A stretch of DNA of 64,000 nucleotides from Bacteroidetes bacterium HGW-Bacteroidetes-5. Its GTDB lineage: Bacteria; Bacteroidota; Bacteroidia; Bacteroidales; UBA932. Shown in pieces: positions 1-8,230 of the stretch. Every line of letters begins with the position of its first letter. Within the stretch, counting starts at the first letter, position 1. A program made the position numbers and the translations under genes. The stretch spans positions 190,744 to 254,743 of the forward strand of contig PHDC01000002.1 in assembly GCA_002842515.1 (NCBI GenBank), in the 5' to 3' direction. Below the pieces are notes generated by a model. The model did not search any database and was not told the origin of the DNA. It saw only the letters and a program-made list of their open reading frames with translations.

Positions 1-1094
1 TCTAAGATAATTTTTTTATCAGGGTTGTCATTATTTAAATAATTTCTCAACTTTTCTTGATCAATAAAAAGCAATGCAAGTTTCTCTACTGCTTTTTGCA
101 ATAATTTTTGCTGATATAATACTTTATGGTGATTGAAAATCCAGAAGTATAAATAGTTTTTTACTTCGATTAGACTTTCTATTTCTGGTAATGATTTTTT
201 ACCAAAACAAATTGTGTAATAATTATGATCATTGTAATTTTTCGTTAATTTAATAGTTGATAATAAGCGTTCTATATTTATAGTTGTTGTATTCAATCCT
301 GTCGCCCATTTATCTCTTATTGAATAGTCAATTCTATCAGCATCTATTTCATGTCCATTTAATAAGCTAATAAAGCAATTTAATATTTGTCTTCTATATT
401 CTTCGCTTGAGGTTTTAAACTTGCATCCCAAAATCATCCTTGCAATTAGCAATGGATCCGCTACCTTATCTATTGAGAGGATGGCATTTCTGAACCCATC
501 ACTATGTAATACTAACCAAGCACTTACTAATTCATGAGAAGCAGGTGAAGTGGAAAGAAAATCAAGTTTAAACTCTTCTTTAATCTTTTTTTTGATTGAA
601 ATGAGCAATGGTAGGCTGTTAATGTACTCCTCTGATAAGTTAATTATATCATTTTTAATAGGACAGGGACTTTTCGATTTATCTTCATAATATGTTTCGA
701 AAGTATGAGAAAACGGTGCGTGCCCACAATCATGGAGCAAGCAAGCTAATTCATATACAATCTTTATATTGTCCCAAAATTTCGCTTCTTGTAAATAGGT
801 TCTTGTAACAAAATGATCTGAATAATCAATGTAATTTAGTTGATCTTCAGAGTGATCAGCAATGGTATTTGCTCTTAAGTTGTAAAAAATTTTACTGCCA
901 ATATGAAATGTCCCAATCGAGTGAATAAATCTATCGTGATGTGCACAAGGAAAGATCGAACGGGTTGAAGTTTGTTCAATTCTTTTAAGTCGTTGAAAAA
1001 GAGGAGTGTCTATTACTTTTTCGCAATAAGCTTTAGGAATTAAAATAAAACCATGTACAGCGTCTAGAAAACGCATGTAATTGATTTGCTCCAT
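1..1094 (-). CDS. HD-domain dNTP triphosphohydrolase-like protein (SAMHD1/YdhJ-type), 3' end outside window
   Basis: Missing from the ORF track (no stop in window). Manual translation from ATG 1094 is open to position 2: MEQINYMRFLDAVHG..DTPLFQRLKRIEQ..HHDRFIHSIG..ACLLHDCGHAPFSHTFE..DADRIDYSIRD..IFNHHKV. Start overlaps the upstream stop (TAATG). Confidence 0.85.
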   Translation of the reverse strand, partial: MEQINYMRFLDAVHGFILIPKAYCEKVIDTPLFQRLKRIEQTSTRSIFPCAHHDRFIHSIGTFHIGSKIFYNLRANTIADHSEDQLNYIDYSDHFVTRTYLQEAKFWDNIKIVYELACLLHDCGHAPFSHTFETYYEDKSKSPCPIKNDIINLSEEYINSLPLLISIKKKIKEEFKLDFLSTSPASHELVSAWLVLHSDGFRNAILSIDKVADPLLIARMILGCKFKTSSEEYRRQILNCFISLLNGHEIDADRIDYSIRDKWATGLNTTTINIERLLSTIKLTKNYNDHNYYTICFGKKSLPEIESLIEVKNYLYFWIFNHHKVLYQQKLLQKAVEKLALLFIDQEKLRNYLNNDNPDKKIIL

Positions 1095-1444
1095 TATTGA
1101 ATAGAAATTGATTCTATCTCAGTACAGATATAAGCTGGAATGGTTCTATTAACTAAGTCGATATTATTAATAATAACATTTTCCTTATCAAGGAGAACAA
1201 TTTCTTCATTTTGGAATTCAAAAATACCAGATCTTTGATTAATTGCATCATCAATTGTATCCCTACTTAATTGAATAATGATACCATTATTACAACTTTT
1301 TACAATTTTTGAAGAATATTCATTTAAATCAGACAGTTTAATTCTCTCTTTTTTTGATTTAGCAAAATAATTGAGAATTACTTTTTCTGTGCTTAAAACA
1401 TAACACATATATAAATGAATTATAGAGTTTAACAAACAGTCCAA
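1094..1444 (-). CDS. Small hypothetical protein (ATG at 1408 is an alternative start)
   Basis: ORF track 116 aa; TAATG coupling to the HD gene; no recognisable motif. Confidence 0.6.
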   Translation of the reverse strand: MDCLLNSIIHLYMCYVLSTEKVILNYFAKSKKERIKLSDLNEYSSKIVKSCNNGIIIQLSRDTIDDAINQRSGIFEFQNEEIVLLDKENVIINNIDLVNRTIPAYICTEIESISIQ

Positions 1445-1537
1445 AGGTAAAAATATTTTTTTAGATATTTACAAAAATTTTCTATTTTTTTGTTACTTCT
1501 GTAAAATCATTCAATCTAAATACACCTTATTGATTTT

Positions 1538-2391
1538 TCATTTCTTTTTGTGTAACTCAATTAATTTTTTAAAGTTATAATCAATAGCTATTTTATCTAT
1601 AATAGTTGTAACAACCTTAAACAATTCACTATCTTGAGAATAATCAGCTGGACAAACAAAATTAACTCTTTCTTCGGCGATTAGCTTCTCTGCAGCTGCC
1701 TTTTTTTTCTTTTAGTAGGATTATAAACTGCTATTGATCTACCTCCTTGTTGTTTAATTAATTTCATACAAGGTATATCCGTTTCTCCATCCCCAAAGTA
1801 TATCATATGCTTAAAGGGTATCGGACGTTCGATATCAGGTATAAATTCATTAACCTTTTTATTATCTTTTACAAAATCAATTCCTTTGTTAATCATAAAT
1901 AAGAACTGAGTTTTGGTCGTAAAATCCACTGCAACAGCTGGCCAGTTAGCCGCTCCTTCTGGTGAATAATAAAAAGAGCACTCATATATTCGTTTAAATT
2001 CTTTTGCAATAGAAGTTCCTTCTATGATTTCCTTTAATCCAGAAGAATTTATGTAATGCTCAATTTTTACTCCTTTACTCTTTCCATAAATATTGATTAA
2101 ATTAAACCATTCTGGTACGCCTTTAAAAAATTCTACTTTGTTTCCATATTTCTTTAATGATTTTTTTGGTAATTCAAAATTCTTATGATTAGCTTCTTCT
2201 ACCATTAACTTCATATAACATAAAATCTCACTTGCATCTTGAGACTCTTTCATGATAGTGTTTTTTCTCCAAAATTCAGCTGGGTCTAGTCCTGTTGCTT
2301 GAATAAATCCATATTCTTGCATATTACCGGGCGATAAAGTCCCATCAAAATCATAGATTAGTGCGACAGTAGGTATTTTTTTCCAAGCCAT
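1538..2391 (-). pseudogene. HAD-superfamily hydrolase with a one-base frameshift at A8 tract (plus-strand T8 1701-1708)
   Basis: YDFDGTL motif I and GDGETD motif IV. ORF stops at 1681, but adding one A gives KKKAAAEKLIAEERVNFVCPADYS..IELHKKK* ending at 1538 (284 aa). Confidence 0.8.
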
Positions 2392-2882
2392 TATCTTGTT
2401 GATTTGTAGTTATTCCAATTTGATAAAGCAAACTGTCTCATGCCTTCTCCTGGATTATACCATGGATAAAGAACTATAAACTGCTGCTCTGCTTCAGAAA
2501 AATTATCAGTACTAATTAAACCAACTTTGTGCAAATAAAGTAATCCTATAACAGCAGAACGAGAAAATCCCTGATTACAGTGTACAAAAACTTTCATACT
2601 ATTAATATTATCATGGATAGCTTTGATTGCTTCATCAATTATTGACTTTGAAATATAAGCTGGATCGGGAGCATCTACCAAATTTAATATTAGAGTATTA
2701 TCGCGAAAAGCCATTAGATATTCTGGATGATTCATAGAGGCTGCCCTGCCTTTATAACCTAAAGCATCTCGATGATATGGTTCTTTACAGGCGTGAATTA
2801 CGTACCACCCTTCTTGGTGTTTGACAATATTCTCATAATCTTCTTGAGAACCTATGTGTAAATTAGAGAAAACCTGTTTCAT
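2391..2882 (-). CDS. Dual-specificity/PTP-family phosphatase
   Basis: VHCNQGFSRS = HCxxGxSRS catalytic loop; TAATG overlap with the HAD gene. Confidence 0.8.
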   Translation of the reverse strand: MKQVFSNLHIGSQEDYENIVKHQEGWYVIHACKEPYHRDALGYKGRAASMNHPEYLMAFRDNTLILNLVDAPDPAYISKSIIDEAIKAIHDNINSMKVFVHCNQGFSRSAVIGLLYLHKVGLISTDNFSEAEQQFIVLYPWYNPGEGMRQFALSNWNNYKSTR

Positions 2883-3028
2883 TTTGTAATTATTATTTTT
2901 AATATACTACCATTATTGAGAAATAATATAATATAAAACACTACTTATTATTACATAAAGATAGATATTTTTTTTATTTTTATATATTTAAATATAAATC
3001 AAGCATATATCCAAATTAAGATCAAGTT

Positions 3029-3802
3029 AAGGTTACGGGTAAAAAGCCGCGGGCGATAATTCCGGTGCATCTCTATGGGATGCCTGCCAAAATGGATGAG
3101 ATTTTGGAGGTTGCGGGCAGATATGGTATTCCGGTGCTGGAGGATGCTGCAGAGGCTTTGGGTTCGAGGTATAAGGGGCAGTTTTGCGGTACTTTTGGGG
3201 AGTTTGCCTGTTTGTCGTTTAATGGGAATAAGATTATTACGACGTCGGGCGGGGGTGCGTTGGTTTGCAGGAGTGCAGATGAGGCTGGCGTTACTAAGTT
3301 TCTGGCTACTCAGGCTCGTGATAATGCTCCTCACTACCAGCACTCGTCTGTTGGCTATAACTACAGGCTGAGTAATATTTGTGCCGGTATTGGGCGTGGG
3401 CAGATGTTGGTTCTTAACCAACACATCGCCGCCCGCCGGGAGAACAACCAAAAATATATGCAGATGCTAAAAAACGCTCCGGGTATCTCATTCCAAGATA
3501 ACCCAACAACAGATTTCGAATCTAACAAATGGCTCACCTGCATCATAATCGACCCAAAAAAGGCCGGCTACACCCGTGAAGATCTCCGCAAAAAAATGGA
3601 TGAGCACAACATTGAAACCCGCCCCCTCTGGAAACCGATGCACCTCCAACCAATCTTCCACGAATACCCATTCTACGGCAACGGCACCAGCGAAGAACTC
3701 TTCAACCACGGCCTCTGCCTACCCTCCCACCCCACACTCACCCAAAACGACCTTCAACGCGTGGTGGAACTAACCTTGCCAAGCATCGTGGGGCATCGCT
3801 GA
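3029..3802 (+). pseudogene. 5'-truncated DegT/DnrJ/EryC1/StrS sugar aminotransferase fragment; C-terminus supplied by a repeat element
   Basis: KVTGKKPRAIIPVHLYGMPA, EDAAEALGS, SFNGNKIITTSGGG. In-frame stop at 3017-3019, so the N-terminal part is absent. Last residues LTLPSIVGHR are read from the family-A element. Confidence 0.85.
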
Positions 3803-3832
3803 TTATCAGCGATCTATTTTTTGAGCGCGTTA
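3771..3832 (+). repeat. Family-A REP-like element (TAACCTTGCCAAG...GCGCGTTA)
   Basis: Core also at 4177, 6150, 6468, 8185, 18600, 19971, 26863, 40066-40126 and 63169; internal hairpin ATCGCTGAT-T-ATCAGCGAT. Confidence 0.85.
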
Positions 3833-4005
3833 TTTAACATAACTTTTACTTGTAAGAAGAGGAGCGCACACACACCAATGGAGTTTTTGTTAAGATGCAG
3901 TTAGTTAAGTATTTGTAAGAGGTCAGCTTTTTTGTGCCTTTAAGCAATGTGTTGTTTTGTAAATACTTAACAAAAACTCCGTTGGTGTGCAAGCCGGCCA
4001 CATAA

Positions 4006-4040
4006 CCGCGAAGCGTAACACACCCGCGTAGCGGACCATA
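4006..4040 (+). repeat. GNA-triloop mini-hairpin pair
   Basis: CCGC-GAA-GCGT and CCGC-GTA-GCGG, same unit type as 17793, 26897 and 38255. Confidence 0.6.
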
Positions 4041-4058
4041 CACAAACTCCATTGGAGT

Positions 4059-4164
4059 AAAGTTATTTGCCGGTGCTTTTACGGTTATTTCCAGCTCATA
4101 GCTGCCGTCTCTGTATTGGGCCGGCAGCCGTGCTAGAATAACCTAAGCACCGGAATAACTTTCC
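4059..4164. repeat. Family-D imperfect palindromic element, copy 1
   Basis: AAAGTTATTTGCCGGTGCT...AGCACCGGAATAACTTT; near-identical copy at 4363-4472. Confidence 0.85.
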
Positions 4165-4177
4165 GGTTAGAAATGGA

Positions 4178-4349
4178 ACCTTGGCAAGGGTTGCGGACCC
4201 AATCCCGCAACGCGGTAAACACAACTGTGAAACGGACCATATGATCCCTGGGAGTTTTTTACTCTGTGCTGTTTTTCTTATGTTTAACATTTTTGGAAAA
4301 TCAAAAAAAGTAAACTCACCAAAGCTAAAATGCAAATATTCAAATCAAT
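4178..4349 (+). repeat. 172-bp direct repeat, copy 1
   Basis: Near-identical to 6151-6322; starts with a family-A variant ACCTTGGCAAGGGTTG. Confidence 0.9.
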
Positions 4350-4362
4350 GCAAATAGGAATA

Positions 4363-4472
4363 GGAAAGTTATTTGCCGGTGCTTTTTACGGTTATTTCCA
4401 GCTCATGGCTGCCTGGCTCTATGTTTGGCCGGCAGCCGCGCTAGAATAACCTAAGCACCGGAATAACTTTCC
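4363..4472. repeat. Family-D imperfect palindromic element, copy 2
   Basis: GGAAAGTTATTTGCCGGTGCT...AGCACCGGAATAACTTTCC. Confidence 0.85.
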
Positions 4473-4710
4473 TTGGCTTAACAAAAAATTTGATCAAAAA
4501 ATTGATAAATATTATTTCTTTTTATTTTTTTATTATATTTGATTTGTTGATTTACAATCATTTCAATTACTAAAAGCTTCTTAAATTCGCTCTAGTATTA
4601 ATATAATTAAACTAACCTTAATATTTTAATAAATTTAAGCTCTGTATATCTATGTATTACAATTATTTTAATATTATTTCATTAAATTAATCAACTTATA
4701 GGTTTATTTT

Positions 4711-5259
4711 ATGGAATTAATCACTATCTTTGCAGACATTTTATACACCGTGAAGTTCAATAAAAATGGAATTCACGAGTTTGCGAAGGTTTTTAACGAG
4801 TGGAGCGATCCTGAGGTGCTTTTTGATTTTTTTGAAGATAATAAGAGTGATCTAAATTCTGGTTTTTTCGGTAAAATAAGTGTAGAAGAAGCAGTTATGA
4901 TCACAATTGAAGAAGCTAAATACTTGGAAGACCTATTGATATTTTGCGGCAAAAATGGAGGCAAGACGGCTTTGGATATCTTTTTTAAACATGACTTGTA
5001 TGACTGGCCACAAATTAAAGAGTTGGTTCCAAAGAAAGGATATGGTAAACGTAAAAAATCTTGGCTTAGACTATATGCAATTGAGCTTTCAGAAGAGTGT
5101 TATGTTATAACTGGTGGAGCAATAAAGTTAACTCGAAAACTCAAGGAAAGACCACATACAAAAAAAGAGCTTAAGAAAATTGAAAAATTTATTGACTTTC
5201 TCAAAGAGAATGGTATTTATAACAATAAAGGCATAATAGAAACAATAGAATTACAATAA
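4711..5259 (+). CDS. Putative RelE/HigB-like toxin of a TAC triad
   Basis: C-terminal half SWLRLYAIEL..YVITGGAIKLT resembles RelE/Gp49-like ribonucleases; first gene before an XRE HTH and a SecB-like gene. Confidence 0.55.
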   Translation: MELITIFADILYTVKFNKNGIHEFAKVFNEWSDPEVLFDFFEDNKSDLNSGFFGKISVEEAVMITIEEAKYLEDLLIFCGKNGGKTALDIFFKHDLYDWPQIKELVPKKGYGKRKKSWLRLYAIELSEECYVITGGAIKLTRKLKERPHTKKELKKIEKFIDFLKENGIYNNKGIIETIELQ

Positions 5260-5260
5260 A

Positions 5261-5695
5261 ATGTTAGATCTTGATAAGCTCAACAAAATTTCTACTCCTG
5301 ATACAATATGGAGTAAAGATTCTGCCTTTAGGCAAGAGAACAGTGAATGGCTTCAAAAATCTGCGAAGATAGCGCTGATTGTCTTACGTGCATTAAAAGA
5401 TCAATCTATCAATCAAAAGGATCTTGCTGTATTAATGGGCGTTAAACCTCAACAAGTCAACAAAATTGTAAAGGGAAAAGAAAACCTTACTCTTGAGACT
5501 ATTTGTAAATTAGAAAAAGCACTTAATGTTAAAATTGTAGAAGTAAACATCCCTTTTACTAGAGAATTTATTGTTGAAGGCTACCAAACAAAAAGGCAGG
5601 AGTTCAAACATACATCCACTATTATTCCGTTCAAATACCCTAGTTACGATTTTGAGCTCACTGAATATGTTAGTGATTATAAAGACGCTGTTTAA
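5261..5695 (+). CDS. XRE-family HTH protein, putative HigA-like antitoxin with C-terminal extension
   Basis: INQKDLAVLMGVKPQQVNKIVKGKENLTLETICKLEKAL; aromatic-rich tail. Confidence 0.75.
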   Translation: MLDLDKLNKISTPDTIWSKDSAFRQENSEWLQKSAKIALIVLRALKDQSINQKDLAVLMGVKPQQVNKIVKGKENLTLETICKLEKALNVKIVEVNIPFTREFIVEGYQTKRQEFKHTSTIIPFKYPSYDFELTEYVSDYKDAV

Positions 5696-5709
5696 TTGGA
5701 CATCAAAAT

Positions 5710-6144
5710 ATGACAAAAAATAAAATTATTGGCTTTAGGTTGGCAAGCATCCGCACCAATGAATTCGCAACAGTTGAAGATGTTAATGCCGGCGAAGATA
5801 AAATTTCAATTAAAACGGGAGTAGGTGTAAGAATGAGTATTGAAAAATGCGTAATTTTTGTAGATACCAAATTCACATTCATTTATGACAATTGTCCGTT
5901 TATCATCCTGAACAGTGAATGTAGTTTTATTGTGGATGACAATCACTTCAAGTCATTCAAAAATGATTCCGATGACTCATATGTAATACCGAAAGACTTT
6001 ATTACACATCTAGCAGTCATAGCTGTTGGGACAGCTCGTGGAATACTCCACAGCAAAACAGAAAACACAGAATACAATAAATACTTACTACCCACAATAA
6101 ACCTCACTAAAATAATTAAAGAGGATTTGGTGGTAAAAAATTAG
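5710..6144 (+). CDS. SecB-like chaperone
   Basis: 144 aa; C-terminal HLAVIAVGTARGILHSKT..YLLPTINLTKII matches the SecB-fold LPxIN signature. Confidence 0.6.
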   Translation: MTKNKIIGFRLASIRTNEFATVEDVNAGEDKISIKTGVGVRMSIEKCVIFVDTKFTFIYDNCPFIILNSECSFIVDDNHFKSFKNDSDDSYVIPKDFITHLAVIAVGTARGILHSKTENTEYNKYLLPTINLTKIIKEDLVVKN

Positions 6145-6150
6145 AGGGAG

Positions 6151-6322
6151 ACCTTGGCAAGGGTTGTGGACCCAATCCCACAACGCGGTAAACACAACCG
6201 TGAAACGGACCATATGATCCCTAGGAGTTTTTTACTCTGTGCTGTTTTTCTTATGTTTAACATTTTTGGAAAATCAAAAAAAGTAAACTCACCAAAGCTA
6301 AAATGCAAATATTCAAATCAAT
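6151..6322 (+). repeat. 172-bp direct repeat, copy 2
   Basis: Near-identical to 4178-4349. Confidence 0.9.
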
Positions 6323-6467
6323 CCCGGCTCTATTGGATACAGTAATCAAATCCCACTTTGGATATTTGGCATGACTTATTGAGGAATGTTGGCAATTCTC
6401 CGCCGCAGGCGTAGACCGGCACCGCAGGTGCACCATTTTTACATATCCTCTAATGAGTCTTGGGAGA

Positions 6468-6505
6468 GAACCTTGCCAAGCATCGTGGGGCATCGCTGAT
6501 AATCA
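6468..6505 (+). repeat. Family-A element
   Basis: GAACCTTGCCAAGCATCGTGGGGCATCGCTGATAATCA; preceded by GCA-loop hairpins at about 6400-6432. Confidence 0.85.
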
Positions 6506-6625
6506 CTGATTTATTATTTATGCAAAATCTACTTATAAGAATTTTTGCGAATACTCTTAGCTAGCCAATTTTGAAATCAAATTTCCGCCATTTATTAAAG
6601 TAATACTTTGCCATTTCTAAAAGTT

Positions 6626-7095
6626 CCAACAGATGGCAAAAAGTACACTATCAATGCAGGATCCTGATAAATCTTCTGCATTAATGGCTACTGCGGATAC
6701 TAAGCCGTCAATTCTGCTTAAAGGTGACAATCCCAGACTTATTGATGAGTGGCAGATGGCTCCGGTATTATGGGATGCTGTACGATTTGAGGTAGATCGC
6801 CGTCAAGCAGTGGGACAATTTATTTTAACAGGTTCGGCTGTGCCTAAAGACAATGCTACGGCGCATACAGGCACTGGTAGAATTTCTCGTATGCTGATGC
6901 GTCCTATGAGTTTGTATGAATCAAAAGAGTCAAATGGAGAGGTGTCGTTAAAGGCGCTCTTTGACGGGGAGCAAGAGATTTCTGTTCGAATCACTTTGTA
7001 CACGCGATATGCGGATATATCTTCAGGCCAACGATGGTGATGTTTACCACTATCGAGATAAAAATGGCCTCGAGTCTGATATGACTGTTAGCCTT
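6626..7095 (+). pseudogene. Internally deleted AAA+ ATPase (DUF4143-type) remnant
   Basis: LIDEWQ Walker B and FILTGS present; Walker A missing. Jumps at about 6980 to C-terminal FLFESLCTRDMRIY..HYRDKNGLESD in another frame. Confidence 0.75.
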
Positions 7096-8187
7096 ATTGT
7101 CGGAACGCGTGGCGTTGGAAAGACAACAATGATGCTTCAGCATATCAGTATGAATTATGACATTAATTCGCCTTCTGTACTCTATGTCTCTTTGGATAAT
7201 TTATGGTTTTCAAGCCACTCACTGTTGGAGCTTGCAGATGAGTTTCACAAAAACGGCGGAAAAGCTCTTTTTTTGGATGAGGTGCATAAATATCCCGGAT
7301 GGTCAAGGGAGATAAAAAACATCTACGACTCTTATTCGGAGATGAAAGTCGTTTTCACGGGCTCTTCTATGCTGGATATATATAGTTCCGGTGCAGATCT
7401 TAGCCGAAGGGCAATCAAATATACTCTAAACGGTATGTCACTAAGAGAGTATCTTGATTATGAGCATAAAATCAAAATAGCACCGGTAACACTCAGTGAC
7501 TTACTAGCAGATCACATTCCGTTATCAATTGAACTGGCAAAATCTTTCCGGCCGGTTGCTATATTGAAAGAGTATCTTAAATACGGATATTTTCCATACT
7601 ATAAAGAGGACAAAGAGGGTTATTTTAACCGGGTTGCCGAAACCATCAACACAGTGATTGAAGTGGACATACCGGCAAATATAGATATTGAATATCATAC
7701 CATTATCAAAATCAAGAAGCTATTTTCCATCATCGCTGCGAGTGTTCCATTTAAACCAAACATAAGTAAACTGGCAGAACAGACTGGGACAACAAGACCA
7801 AGTCTCCTCCATTATCTTGATGCACTTGAAAAGGCTCAGGCAATACTCTTGCTGGATAAAGAAGCTACGGGTCTTAAAAGATTGGTTAAGCCAGAAAAGA
7901 TATATCTGGGCAATACCAATTATGCTTATGCCTTCTCCGGAGATAATGTTAACATTGGTAATCTGAGAGAGACTTTCATCTATTCAATGTTAAGTGCGAC
8001 AAATAAAGTCGCTTACTCAGATAAAACTGATTTTACAGTCGATGGTAAATATCATTTTGAAATAGGAGGCAAAGAGAAAAACCAAAAACAGATTTCCGGT
8101 CTCAAAGAGGCGTATATTGTTAAAGATAATATAGAGACAGGATATTTAAATCAAATACCTCTCTGGATGTTCGGGCTGCTGTATTAA
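7081..8187 (+). CDS. AAA-family ATP-binding protein, N-terminally truncated and fused to the upstream remnant
   Basis: GTRGVGKT Walker A, LFLDEVHKY Walker B, FTGSS; native N-terminus absent. Confidence 0.7.
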   Translation: MTVSLIVGTRGVGKTTMMLQHISMNYDINSPSVLYVSLDNLWFSSHSLLELADEFHKNGGKALFLDEVHKYPGWSREIKNIYDSYSEMKVVFTGSSMLDIYSSGADLSRRAIKYTLNGMSLREYLDYEHKIKIAPVTLSDLLADHIPLSIELAKSFRPVAILKEYLKYGYFPYYKEDKEGYFNRVAETINTVIEVDIPANIDIEYHTIIKIKKLFSIIAASVPFKPNISKLAEQTGTTRPSLLHYLDALEKAQAILLLDKEATGLKRLVKPEKIYLGNTNYAYAFSGDNVNIGNLRETFIYSMLSATNKVAYSDKTDFTVDGKYHFEIGGKEKNQKQISGLKEAYIVKDNIETGYLNQIPLWMFGLLY

Positions 8188-8230
8188 CCTTGCCAAGCAT
8201 CGTGGGGCTTTATTAATAAACAGCGCGTTA
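8185..8230 (+). repeat. Family-A element filling the whole gap between two convergent stop codons
   Basis: TAACCTTGCCAAGCATCGTGGGGC..CAGCGCGTTA; terminal TAA/TTA are the stops of 7081-8187 and 8228-9502. Confidence 0.85.

Noticed and set aside
3029-3035. AAGGTTA as an inverted family-A end bracketing the DegT fragment
   Set aside because: Only 7 bp, and it reads in frame as plausible native K-V-T before GKKP; may be chance.
3846-4335. Short ORFs over repeat clusters (also 6154-6493, 17175-17423, 26832-27343, 38168-38398, 38886-39204)
   Set aside because: They are translations of repeats or VNTRs with low-complexity products and no family motif.
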